Assembly: GCA_026023565.1 (NCBI GenBank)
Contig: JAPETS010000004.1
Span: forward strand, 248,001-312,000
DNA from: Cirrosporium novae-zelandiae
Taxonomy: Eukaryota
Length of the DNA: 64,000 nucleotides
Direction of reading: 5' to 3'
Below the pieces are notes generated by a model. The model was not told where the DNA came from. It searched no databases and saw only the letters and a program-made list of their open reading frames with translations. The stretch's first letter is position 1. Every line of letters begins with the position of its first letter. The position numbers and the translations under genes were made by a program. Shown here piece after piece: positions 37,989 through 51,111 of this stretch.

Positions 37989-40900
37989 CTAATCTAAAAC
38001 ACGTCCGGCAGTAGCACTCGTACTTCGATCCTTGGTCTGCACTTTCCGTAAACCCTTACCCAATTGGATCTGCGATAACAACCCACTCCTATCCGGAGGA
38101 GGACCGCCCCCAGAACTAGTAGGCATAGGAGGTGGTGGAGGTGCACCACCCGTTGGCATCGGAGGGGGAGGGGGAGGAGGCGCCGCAGATGGGAAACTGC
38201 CTGGCATTGGAGGTGGTGGAGGTGGGGCGGCAGGCTCGCCTGATTCGGGCATGGGTGGAGGTGGAGGGGGTGGTGCATATGGTGCATCAGAATTAGGTAT
38301 TGAAGGCACAGGCTGTGGTGGAGTTGGGGATGAGGGAGAACCTGCACTCATAGGCTTGTCGGACATTGCGGACAGAGGTCGAGGTGGCCCCATGGTGCCA
38401 AAGAGGATTGAAGCAAGCTGTTTGGCACTGCCACCTGTTGGTGCATCATCATCCTCATCCGAGGAATCCCTGTCAGAGTCAACAACAGACCAGTCATCCT
38501 CCTCGGGACGGGCGCGCGAGCGAGTTGTCGGAGCGCCTTCAAATGTTGCAGCTGGCTTAGTTTGATTGTCTTGTTGTGTGAGGCGATGGAAAGGGTTTGT
38601 TGACTCCTTCGACGATGTAATCCCAGCTGGTGTGGAAACAGGCTCAGCCGAAGGGGTGCTCATCTTTTTGAAGAATGGGTTCTTGGATTTTGCATCCGCG
38701 GCGCGGGGAGGGCTGACCATCGGGGCCGGCTCTGGAGTTGCAGCAGGAGGGGTGCTGCTAGGAGGCATGTTTGTATTTGTTGCAGGGCTGCTAGCCTGCT
38801 CAGGAGCTGGAACGGGAGGTGAATCTGGAATGGAAATCTGAGGGACTACTGGACCTGAGGGTAGAGAGGTAGTACTGATAGAGAATACCTGGCTAGTCGA
38901 TGGCGTTGTTCCTTGGGGTGTAATATCCTGTGGACCCTCGTCATCTGACGAACTCTCGTCGTCCAAGCTTTCGAGTTGAAGCTGAAGTTGTCGTTCTCGT
39001 TCTTTAGCAGCCTCAAGTTCGGCCCTCTGGGCAGCCAATTTCGCTTCCTTCTCCTTCGCAAGACGCTGCACCTCCTGCCTCCTACGTTTTTCTTCTTGTT
39101 TCCTGATCTTCCCTTGCTTTACCTGTTCTTCTAAGGCCCTCATGCGAGCCTGCGCAGCCTCACGCTCTCGAGCAAGCTCGTCTTCCTGAAGGCGGGCCTC
39201 GTCCCTATTCTATTATTAGCTCTGATCCGATTAACGACAATTAGATCACCTACTCCATAGCTTTCGTCTCTGCTTCTTGTGCTTCTTGCTGTTCTTTAAT
39301 AGCATGCTCTTTTGTTTCTTGCTCGGCTCTAGCTTGAGCTTGCAAGTCTGGGTGTCCTAAACCTTCAGCCTTGCGGCTTCGTGATGGTGGAGGCGGAGGT
39401 TTCTTCCCAGCAGGTTTTGGTGATGGGGCAGTAGCCTGTTCCTCCGTAAGTCGACGTTGACGTTCCTGTTCTCTCTTGTTGTCCTCGGCTTCGGCTTGCC
39501 TCACCCTGTCTTCATGCTCTGCTCTTTCTCGTTCCTCCCGCTGTTGCGCGGTTTCTCCAGACTTTGTTGGCGGCTTGAGACCTAGAGCTGCTAGCCGTTC
39601 AGCCATACGCTGCTCGGCCTGTTTCTTGATATATGCTGCTCTATCATCAGCTGATTTGAATGAAGAATACGACGACCCATGGCTTGGTGTAGGAGTTGAA
39701 GTAGATCTTGGCGTTTCCTCCCGCGACGGGGTGCTTGACCTATCGCGATCTCCAAACCTTGAGGAAGGTTTCGAACCGTTGTCTCGAGATCGCTTAGTTC
39801 TGCGAAAGGTTAACCTGGGAATTTGTATGATCCTGTGCATTGAACTTACTCTTCACCTCTAAGCCTTGCAGCCCTACTACTTCTCTGTAAATCAAAGATG
39901 AAGTCCCTGACTTCATCTTCAACGCCTAGACCATCTTCCCACCTTCGCCTTTCGTGTTCGGTGGTGGAATCATCGACACCTTCTTTAAGATTGTCTTCCA
40001 GGCCCTTAGAAAATTCTCGAACACTATCTTCCACGTCTCTGGTCATACGTTCATTGTTTTCTCGTTCTGTCCGCACCTTCGCACTTTCTTCTTCAAGGCG
40101 GCGTGCAGCAGCCCCATCATCATCATTACTGGTTGAGACTTTCCGGCCTGTGAGAGCTGCAGATCTTTGTTGCATCATAGCTTTTGCTCGAGCTTTTAGA
40201 CGATCGGATTCTGTTATCGCGCCCCCAGGACCAGTACCAACAATGGCAGCTGCTGATCCCGGATGAGCCTTCGCGTCCTTTAGACGGAACAGCTCTAACT
40301 TAGTGTCTGCAATGTCTCTTTCAGTCTTTCTTACTTTAGACGCTAAATCCGGTAGTCTGTCTGTTAGCGATTGAAGCTGGCGTCGTAACGCCCGACGTTC
40401 AGCTCCAGAGTCTAAGTGCCTCAATGAAGCATTTGGATTGGCGTCTATATCCTCTTGTATCCGTCTAATACGGCGATAAAGATCTTCAGCCTCACGTCTA
40501 TCTCTTCGATCAAGAGCTTCATCCTCTTCGGCTTGAGTTTCATCCCTAAAGTCCATCGCATCCAAAAGGACCTGTTTCTCGCGAATTCTCTTACGCAACT
40601 GTTCCAGGGTAAGTTCGTCATTGGAATTATCAGATGGTGCTGGAGACGCTGAAGGCTGCGGAGACGGTGTTCGACCGTCTCTTCCTATTCGGCGTCTAGC
40701 ACTAGATCTATACCCCACATCATCATCATTATTTTTGAACACTGTTGCATCTTTCCTTCCAAATCCATTATTTGGAGAATCGCTCCGGAAAGAATGGTTC
40801 TTGAGATAACTAACGCCGGTCTTTTGTGGTTGGAGAAAGGCACCAGAAGATTTTCTCGCTTCCGCATCTTGGGCTAAAAGAGATTTCATAGTCCCAATGG

Positions 40901-42607
40901 AGTCCTGGAGGTTTCTATGAGATGGAGGAACGAGTTCGGGGGGTAGTCGACTAGGGACGGGGTAGCCATTTAATTTTCGATATATAAGATGCATGGCCAC
41001 AGCAAACTCGTCCATGTTTAGCCGACCCCTGTTGTTTGGATCCGCTAAAGTCCAGATCTTTTCTAGATCCGACTTATCTAATCCACTTTGACCCATAACT
41101 TCAATAGCAACATCACCACCAATATATCCTTTATTGAAACCGTCCCACGCTTTAAATAGTTGGTCATAGATCTTCTTTTCATCCTTAGTAACAGCCCATG
41201 GGACGGTAGCACTTCCAGAGAGTCCAGCAGTAGTATATCCACCTTCTCGTCCAGGTTGCGGCATCATTCGTTGCTGCAGTGCTTCGATATTTGGAAGACC
41301 CGATGTAGGAGCATTCACAAACCCCCACTGCCCTGGCCTTCCAGTTGGTTGTGCAGTAAGCGGCGCGAGCCCTGTTTGGGATGGCGAAAGATTCGAACTA
41401 AAACCCGTGGGCATTGGAGGTCGTGGACCAGTATATCCCATACCCTGTGGATTCTGAAGAAACCCGGTTTGTTGTGCTTGTAACCCTTGAGGCTGGAAAC
41501 CTTGCTGAGACTGAAAGCCAGTTGGCTGGGCTTGGAGGCTAAATTGGGATGCTACCCCGGTTGGCTGTACCTGAAAACCAGTTGGTTGAGCAGTCAGCTG
41601 TGAAAGTAGTAGACTGCTCGAAGCCTGTTGAGGCTGTGGTTGCTGTGGGGCAGGAGGAGAAACAGCATTTTGTCGAAGTGGTGCATCGAAATTGGGCACA
41701 TTAATCATAGGTAGTGCCTGTGGTTGCTCATCTGGGATACCAAAAGAAATTATATCCACCATGCTAGAAACCTCATTTGCAATTCGTTCTGGAAGGGCAG
41801 TCGGAAGATCTTTGCCCACGATTCGAAGGTTACAAAGATACATAGCAAGCGCAAATTCTGGAAAATGCAATTGACCTGACTTGGTTGTATCCGCAAGAGT
41901 CCTAGTTAATTAGCCCAAGGCCCAGTACACTGCATTGCAACGGACTAACCAGATACGTGAAAGGTCCCCCCCAGAAAGTTTGGATCGAAGAAGTAAATCT
42001 TTAGCCTTTTCTCCTGTTCCAAAGGTGAGCTTGTGTGCGGACTCATTAAGAATGTATTACACATACCATCTAGAACCTGGCCTTCTCCTACTGCTGACTT
42101 GAAAAGCTGCTCAAACTTCGCTTGGTCTTCAACTGTTATAAATGACAACCTTATGTTGGGGATTTTCGCGCCGGTTTTCATTGGCACCGCTGGGGGAGGT
42201 TGAGATTGACTAGGCTGAAACGACTGAGCCATTTGAGCAGATGTCATTCCAGTTTTTTGCGGAAGTTGCTGCGGCATCGGAGGTTGACTATTCTGGAGTT
42301 GCTGCTGCTGTGGAGGTTGGGTCTGAAATGGAGCTTGACCTTGGGGTGGGTAGCCCGTAAACTGTGGCTGCTGCTGTTGGATTTGAAAGGTGGATTGTTG
42401 TCCGGCACCTGGAAAGCCAGTATACTGTGCCTGAAGCGGTCCACCTGGAACTCCAGTTGGTTGTGACATAAATCCTGTAGGTTGTGGTTGCTGCTGTTGT
42501 TGCTGTTGTGGGAAAGATGAAGGAAACGGGGGCTGATTATACTGAGGCTGGGGACCTGGGCGGCCACTATTGGCGCCGCCCAGGTATGAGGAGGAATTCG
42601 AAAACAT
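37989..42607 (-). CDS. PAN1: Actin cytoskeleton/endocytosis scaffold
   Basis: QPTG repeats, two EH domains ([15 protein letters not shown]...EFAVAMHLI), coiled coil, NPF motifs, polyproline and a C-terminal WH2 ([14 protein letters not shown]); four introns. Confidence 0.95.
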
Positions 42608-43488
42608 GATGATTAAAGAAAATAATAGGACCTGAGGGAAGGATAATTGCTCAGGTGCATGAACGAGAAGCGAGTGGGTATGAAGATAGGGAGTTGAAGT
42701 AGACGGAACGTTATATGAGCTTCTTCTGGAGGCCTCGGGGCGGCACTTACGATCCTCAAACTTGGCGCTTGGCACTTGGCGCTAGGCTACATCGGCAACT
42801 TCTTCACTAAGTCCTAATTATCCAACCACTTCCGAATACCTATAAACTCCTCACCACCATCAAACATCACCAAACTAGGCTATTATTCTACTGAGTATAC
42901 TGATTATGGACTAATTAACATATCTGATTAACAGCTCTTTCATTACTAATTAATAAGCAGGCAGTAAGTACCATTCATGTTTCCATCGTTGTTATGATGA
43001 AACCATCCCTTCCCTAAACAATTGCTCGTCAAAAGAAGCTCTCCTATTATTCTACACTATTTTTACCATGCCGCGAGATATTTCACAATGTATTAACCTT
43101 TTTGTGTGCAAACCCGCCGGATGCAGTTGCGCGCCGATTGCACCCGTATGTACACACAGGAATGACTCGCTGGGTATCTATCATACACAAGAAACCGTAG
43201 TCGTAAAAGCTAGCACAGGACAGAAATCACTCCCTGGTACGCCTTCCTCATCTTGACCCAGAGTGAACAAAAACCTCCATCTAGCCAGCTGCATAGTGTC
43301 CTAGATCCGACCATCTTTATGCCAAAAGGAAATTCGTTAGGCAAGGAATGTTTTCAACTAAAGGCGTAGTCGTTTGAAAATCCAAATATCGCTAAAATGC
43401 TTCACATTAGACCAGACAAAGTGAAAAGAGCGCGCAAAAATTGTCAGCCATACTCCACCTATGAGTACGCCAATGAAACCGCAATATG

Positions 43489-46400
43489 TTATTCCACGAT
43501 TCGCATAAAATGTTTTTCCCAGATCCAACCAGCCGTCTTCGTGGTATCGTCTTGATTTATTGCTAGCCATAGTTCCCCGTTTTGGCCGACGATATCAAAA
43601 ATCTATTTCGCCAGGTTAGAAAGGATCAAGAAAGCTTAAATATTTAGGTACAAACCTCGGATTTATCATAAGTTAGGAAAGGATACCCTCCCTGCTGCCT
43701 CTGTCGGTCGATTTTAAACTCAAACATACTCACAGCAGTGAAGAGGCGGCCATATTGCTTTTCAGATTGACTGGGTGCAGGCGTCTGTGCTACTGGAGAA
43801 TCGGACAGTGGCAAAGCCGAGGAGAAAGGGCTAGTGAACCGGTCGTTGGATTGAATTGACGGTTGCTGGGTGTCAAGAGCCGTTGGCGGAAGAGGGGGTG
43901 GAGGGGGAGGAGCAGTTGACTCGGGATGCAAATCATGAAATGAAGGTGTTTCAATGCTGAGCTGGGGTAGAATCGGAGACGGGTCGACAGTTCGGCCACC
44001 ACTAGTTAGAGGGCGCATATTCATATTATTTGATCCATCAGCAGGAAGAGATGGGCGGCCATTTGACTCCTCCGCGGCCGAGGCATCGCGAGTAGTGGCA
44101 CCTGAGCTTGTTCGTAGGCGAGTTCTAGACGATGCATAACTTGCTGTATGGTAAAGCCCAGGGGTACTCTGTAGGATGCTCTCCACCAACGTCGATGATG
44201 CATGGCTCCCACTACGGCGGTTGCTAATATCATAGCCAGGATAAGCTGAGGAACTATCGCCGATCATCGATTGAGAATAAGTTCGAATACTATTTGTGGA
44301 GGGTCGGCTGGGTATTGAAGAACCATCAATTGTTGTCGAAGGGGATAAGAAATTTATCATATTGATTGCTTCGGCGTACGTGGAACCATTGCAGATTCCG
44401 AGACCCAGCAGCTGCGCTTCAACGAGGTCAAAATCCCCTTTCCACTGTGGGATGATGTCGGAAATATCCTGTGGAATATCATTTTCATCGAGAACTATGC
44501 TGATCTTCTTCTGCCATGCCACGTGCCATTGCTGCTGGACCTCAATAAACGCATGTAGGCAATATTCCATACATCGTGTGGTGAGAGCCATCAGCGTTGG
44601 AAGTTCAAACTTTAGGGTCTCGTGTAACCCCAAAAACTGTTCACCCTGGTCAGTAGTTTTTTTGTCAGGTTTATCACCCTTTTCTTTTATAGCTTTGTAT
44701 CGAGTATAACTTGTCAACCGCTTAGTACGCTTTTCGACTAATTTTTGGGGTGCCCCATGAAGTTTGAGTAGGACTGATATGGGATCGGCAACATGCTTCC
44801 TAACACCATATACCTAACTTATTAGATCATGAATATGCAGAAGACAATCGATAACTTACATGTTCTCTGAGCGCCATCCCAGATATATCTCTAACAGACA
44901 TCCGAAACTTTCGCCATTTACTTTCAAGCTCAGGATGATTGCTTTGCCCGGATTCGATGTACTCTTCAATCGCTGAAACCAAACTATTGAATCGGTCGAC
45001 ATAAGCTTGAACCTCCTGGATATATTTCTCGACGTCACGATGGACCAAGTGAAGATGAACTAGACCCGCATCGAACCTTTCTGCCAGCGCATCATATTCT
45101 TTATCCTCAAAGCCGCCTGATAATCCAACTTGTAACCGAAGCTTTTCTGTCCGACGACCAAATGCCTTAGACAAACCAGCGCGCACATCTGAGTCTTTGC
45201 GCTTGCGCTTGCTAACAACTTGTTCGATAATATCGACTCTTCTTTTCATATCATTGATACGACGAGATACTTCAGTCATCTCTCTTACAGCGAAATTGAG
45301 TGCAGTATAGTCTGGATGGTTCTCAGGAGTAGTTTCAAGAAGCTGAGCTAGTAGCAGCGGGTACTTGAGTATTCTCTGGACAGGTTTGACTAGTAACGAG
45401 TCCAGATCCCATGCTGAGGTCAAATCATTGGCAAATTGACGGCACTCATTGAGCCAAATATTGACATTCTCATGTTTCTGGAGATCCTGTAGTTTCCTGT
45501 TGGCTGCGTCATGATTTTTGAGATAGTCGCTATAAACCTTCTCCATTCGCTGCATATGTTGACCGAACACCTCACCAATGAATGTCCGACGGTCTAGATC
45601 GTCTTCTGTTAGGGCCGTTCCCATGGTTGAGGCTTGGTCTTCGGCTTGGCTATAGAGGGAAGTAGCCGCACTAGTGCGCTTGCGAAATCTCCTCGACCTA
45701 GGCATTATGTAGACACTTTTCCCTGCTTGTTTCAGAGAATCCAGAAAGTCATTTGAAAATGCAACAATTTGATCGGAGTTGCCAAATAGGATCTTGATGT
45801 CCTCTGGGGAAAGATCCAAGCACGAGGCCGATGTTCCCTTGTAAATATCGTCGACTACCTTCATATCCTGACCAAAAGAATGTTCTGTTTCAATCAATTC
45901 CCTAATAATATTCTTGCGCTTCGTTAATCGCCGTTCCTCGGGTGTCGGAGAGCTCGACTTGCTACGAACTTCAGTAGAACGTCGAGATTGCTGATCAAGG
46001 CTTATGCGGTCTTGAGTGATGGAAGATGTACCGGACGCTTGTGCAGATTGGAGAATCTCCTCTGGCCGTTCGGATACCTCTTCGCTACTTCGAACACTAA
46101 AAGTTTCGGCCATTCTTAATGAAGTTCCAGTTGGAATGGTGCTCGATGGCGGGTATCGGGAATAGATACTTGGAGAAGGTGGGGATTGGAGAGAGGTAGC
46201 TTGAGGTTCGTCCGCCGGTTTGTGAATTTCTTCTTCGTTCGTTGGCAATGGTGGTGAATGATTTGGCAGTGGGGGCAAAGGAATTGTTGGCGGGTTATTA
46301 TCATGAGGAGATTCTACATGAATTGCTAGTCCGAGGACTCCTTCTGTCCTCTCGATTTCTGGCAGCTGAGGCCCAGTATCAACAGACAAATGAAACACCG

Positions 46401-49400
46401 AACCTCTGGGTCCAGATGATATGCTTTCTTTCTGCGCATCAGAAAATTCGGGAGAACTAAATCTAGAGATTTTAGGTGAATCTTTTGGTGGAGGTATCGG
46501 GCGATATTGGTCATCATCCTCGTTTTCAAAATGATCAGCACTTTTTGCTGGATGATCACCCACATCTTCCTTAAGTTTAGAAATTGCTTCGTCATTAATC
46601 GTACCGGAGATCTCATTTCTCGATGGATCGGCTATCTCTTCACTATCGTCTTTCTCAAATTCTGTACTCGTCGAACTCTGATCTGCGTCCTTCAAGAGTG
46701 AAGACTCGATTACCGAGCCCTCCTTTTCTCGAAGCTCCGCATTGAGCGGCTTTGGCAAGGCTGAGGGGCATGCGACTCTTTCTCGAGTATATTCGTGTAG
46801 GTATTGCTCGGTGAATCTTCGGAAATCCCATTCACTTTGTCTACTCAGATCAGGCGATCTTTCAAGAACAAACTGCTGAAAATGTCGAACCAGTTCGGGA
46901 GTTATTGATTCTGCGGTGTAGTATTCTTCCAGTATGTGATAGACAATATTGTATGATTCACTGTCCATGGTCGACTGGCCAGTCCTCAGTGAAGATAATC
47001 TAGAAGGAGACCATGCCTGGGGGGTTTGATCACTTGTAGCAGTAGAAGACGAGAAACGAGTCACCGCATACGATGCAGAAAAAGGGCTTTCCTCGATGCG
47101 TTCCAAGGAAAGAGTCCGGGAGGCAGAAGCAGGGGAGTCATCGGTTGAGTCCATGGAGGAAGTCCAAGAACTTCCACTGCGCCTATCTGGTCGAACCGTT
47201 GACAGTGATTGGTTAGAGTTAATATGATTTAGAGGATTTTGTTCATTAACAGGAGTAGCGCCAAGCATAATCTGGACGGATTCACCATCATCCTTATCAG
47301 ACGGGCCATCTTCTACATTTTCTGATTGGGATGGGCTCGGAGAGATGTCATCCCTCAAATGCATCACTTGACTCAAGATCGTACCATGAACAGTTTGAAC
47401 CAGTGAGTCAGCAGGCATTTTCTCAGATAGTGTCCCCGTATCATTCATTTCTGGTACTGCGACACTCTTGGGAGAAGGAGGGATAACAGCTACTGCTTTT
47501 TCCTCTTTGGCCTTGCGACTGCTAGAGTCTTGTAGTGGAAGATCTTCCGATGCGCCAAACGTTGGAGAATCCTCGTTCATTGACGGAGTATCGTTCTGTG
47601 AAGAAGAGCTACTTGGGGCTGTTTGGTAGACGGAGGATTCCACGCTCAATCTTTCGTGATCCTCTCCCGAATCACCTTTCGGAATTTCCAATTCTTCTTG
47701 GTTGCCATGGTTCACTGATTCGTGCATTGAATCCCTATTTTCCTTTTGTTCGGGTATGTCCTCCTTTACATTCAAGCCAGAACCTGAACTTTGTTCAAGT
47801 TTTTCTCTCGCCAAGGTTTCGTCTTCATGTTCATCTTTCTCTATCTTTTCAATTTCATGCGTTTCTTTATCTTTTTGATGCTTAGCCGCTACCTCCACGG
47901 CTTTCTTCTTTTCTTTATCTTTTTCTTGTTTCGCTAACCGCTTTCTCTCGGCCTCTCTTTCGTTCTCGCGAACGGTCCGATTGAAAGCTTGCTGAATTCT
48001 TTGACGGCGCGCTGCAAAGTCGACATTTCCTAATTCGGGAAATCTCCTTGGTTCTGGAACAGGAGACTTTACATCACGACGTGATTTTTGAGATGTTGTA
48101 TTATGACTTCGGTCTACGGCTCGAGCTCTAGAAGCCGCTGTTGATGCTGCTGAGACTGGTTGTCTTGGTCTTGAACTTCTTAAGGGCGGTGACGTTTTAG
48201 GCGGCGGGGCAGAGATATATGCTTTCAGGACAGGTTTATGTTCGGCCTGATCCCTCGTTGGGCTAAAAGCCCCTGGTCGTTGCGACAGTTTCCGTTTGTC
48301 TTCCCGAGATATAGCAGGGCTTAGAGCTCTCTGAACCGGTATTGGCAAAGCGCTCGCACCTCGGGAAGCGGAAACACTGTGGGTACCAGAGAACCCAAGA
48401 GCGGAATTAGATCTAATTGAGGTGGAAGCTGAAGCTCGCGTTGAATAAGACGGGTTTCCAGTATCAGAAGTCAGACTAGGCCGTTGAGTACTAATAGGTA
48501 TTCGAGAAACTGTGCTATGTTTCGATGGTGTAGAGGATGTAGAGGATGAAGCATTGTTTCCATGAGATACTTCGGATTCTGACGGGTTTAAATTCATCTT
48601 TACAGAAATACTGCTACCAGCAATTGGAACATCCAAGTCACTTCGTGTCCTGCGATGTGCTCTTGACGGGGATGAAGGACCGGACCCATCAAAATTTGGC
48701 TGAAAATTCCTGTACCACGCGGTCGGTGACGATGTAAAGAGGGAAGTGTCGTGGTCAATCTGGCTTTCACAGAAGGTTGGATTTGGTGAATACATAGATC
48801 CATCAGACTGCCGCCGTTTCCTTGGAGGCATCCCATAGCCTAGATCCAAGCCGACAACCCTTGAATTTAAAACCTCTCCAAACAAAGGTTTAGCAATTGA
48901 AGACGATGAATTTTTTAGGCCTGTTATAGGTCTCATGGAAGCTGTACTCTCTATAGATGCTGATTGTGTATGTGGCTTTCTTATATTCCCAATATTAGGA
49001 GTGTCTGATTCCCTGTTTTCGGAATATTTAAAATGTCTCCCTCGTTTTGGACTCTGTTCGCTCCCATTTGCTATTCCTATTGAGCGTTGTCGGTCACTGG
49101 AACTTCTTGGGACTGGGGTATTATGAAAATTTGATCCCAGTCGTGCCCTTGAGCTCAAATTTGAGCTTGGCAGAGTATGGTTTCGATATGGAAGCGGAGG
49201 CGAGATTTCATCGTGCTTTCCATTGAACTTGTCAACTAAGTCTTTGAGGGAGCCTTGGCTTGGCCCTCTTGTAGAGGTGAGGGCCGGATGAGACTTGGCG
49301 GCACCCAACGGCGAGATATTTGTGGAAGAAGTAGTAGAGCCTTTATATGATAATCGCACGCTATTGGTCCGAGAAGGTGACTGTGGATACTGGTACTTGG

Positions 49401-49788
49401 AGCTAGCATTCGACGTTATCTTCGAGCTCGGGGGGCTTCTTGGACCTGCGGATGCGATCATGCTGCCTACACTTCCGGTCCCAAGGGAATGGTGATCACC
49501 TCGAAGCACCGATGTACCTAACGCACCGCCAGCAGAATCTCGATATCGTCGGTAGAATTCATGTGCATCGGGTGAGTCGAGGGATTCTAAGGATCTTTCG
49601 GTCGATGAAGGTGGTGGGAGGTCCAAGGCGGTCGAAATGGATAGTCGTTTGGGGCGATTTTGTTGCGATTGCGGACTGGCTGGCAAAGTGTTCAAGATAG
49701 ATGAGGGGGAAGATGGAGATTGTTGAGGGTCATCAAGGGATGAACGGTAATCGTCAATGTGATGCTCGTGGTCCGTGTCAGTTGCCAT
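43489..49788 (-). CDS. Rho GEF with DH, BAR and SH3-like domains (dynamin-binding protein/Tuba-like)
   Basis: DH motifs IIRELIETE and DSLLVKPVQRILKYPLLL, helical BAR region, C-terminal ELWLAINQDD...GWIWEKHF; two introns. Confidence 0.88.
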
Positions 49789-51020
49789 GCTTGATTCTCA
49801 TGAAGACGATTCATGAAGGTCTGCCGAGCCGTGGTGGATTCGTGGTTGAGTAGTATAGAAGCAACCAACCAACGGGACCATGTACTGCCACATCAAAGCA
49901 AGGGTGAGCTGGCGGACAACAGCAGGGTTGAATTATCGAGTGAGGGACATGAGAATATTAGCGTGCGAAACTACACTGAAACTGAGAAATTCCCAGTGAA
50001 CGATACACACAGCGCGGCGGAACGAATGGTAGAGGGCCAAAAATGGCTGCTGGGGTTGCCGCGCAGGTTGTTTGCAGGATGAAAGAGGTTGATGAGTGAA
50101 AGGTGAGGTTTGGAAGTTAATTCAACTGCTCAGACTGTCGTCGCCCACAAGGGGTGTGGGTTAATAGGTGAACATAGTACGCAACGTAAATACTAAGTAT
50201 TACGGTAGTAAGAGTTGGTAAGAGTTGGTAAAAAGTGGTCGAAAAGTGGTAAGAGTGGTACGTATTGTGACCAAGTACGTGGTAAAATGGGTTCGATGGT
50301 TCTAGAGTAGAGAGAATAAGACTAAAAGTAAAAGAGGGTTGAACTAAGTAAGATACAGTTGGGTATGAGTGTGGATGGATGTGATTGTGGGCGTGAGTGT
50401 GAGTGTGGGGGTAGGCGTGGGTGTGGGTGTAAGTGTAAGTATAGGTGTGGGTGTGGGCGGTGATCATGCCTAAAGATAAATAGAATTGGAATTTTTGGGG
50501 GGGCTTGGACGTTGGGAGTTTGCCTATGAAGCTTTAGGGGATTTATTACTTTCTAATTAGTACAAGCTTTCACATTCTGCCGAACTGAATCGTCCGAGCT
50601 TCCCGACATGTTTTTTCTTCTTCTTCTCTTTGGGCAATTATCGGAGTTGCACAAATAGACATATCATTGGAAGGATTCCACTTTTACATCTCGGCTGTGC
50701 TCCCTCCCGCTTTCCAAGTCTTAAATGATTTCCATCCCAATCCCTACCAAGTGGAAAGTAGTCTACTTGTATACTTGTACCAATATTACCCACTATAAAT
50801 ACATAGATACTTAGTAGATACTTAGTAGTTACCTATGTAGATACAATAATTCTTTGACCTCCAATCAATGCTTTTATCTTATAATACTTCAAAACACCCC
50901 CACCCCCTCCCACTGACTGACTCCGTGGCTTGCTTTTCTCTCCCGTTCTTTTCCACCATAGGTAATAATTAGGTGCTTTTTCCTTTTACCTATCACAAGT
51001 TCCTCCTACGCCATTCTTTG

Positions 51021-51036
51021 ACGCGTTATCACGCGT
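51021..51036. promoter_or_regulatory. Two tandem MCB (MluI cell-cycle box, ACGCGT) elements
   Basis: ACGCGT at 51021 and 51031, ~80-90 bp upstream of the TERT ATG. Confidence 0.65.
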
Positions 51037-51111
51037 TGCTTTCGCTCTGGAAACCCCTTCACCTCTAGGTCAATATGGTAATTGGAATCTAACCTATCAC
51101 TCTTAAATAAA

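Noticed and set aside
38032..38565. Gly-rich + strand ORF and the many other short antisense or overlapping ORFs in the track
   Set aside because: Shadows of real genes on the opposite strand (here PAN1 polyproline) or low-complexity intergenic DNA.
43570..43600. Apparent frameshift in the RhoGEF last exon
   Set aside because: Careful reading gives a continuous frame (VGQNGELWLA).
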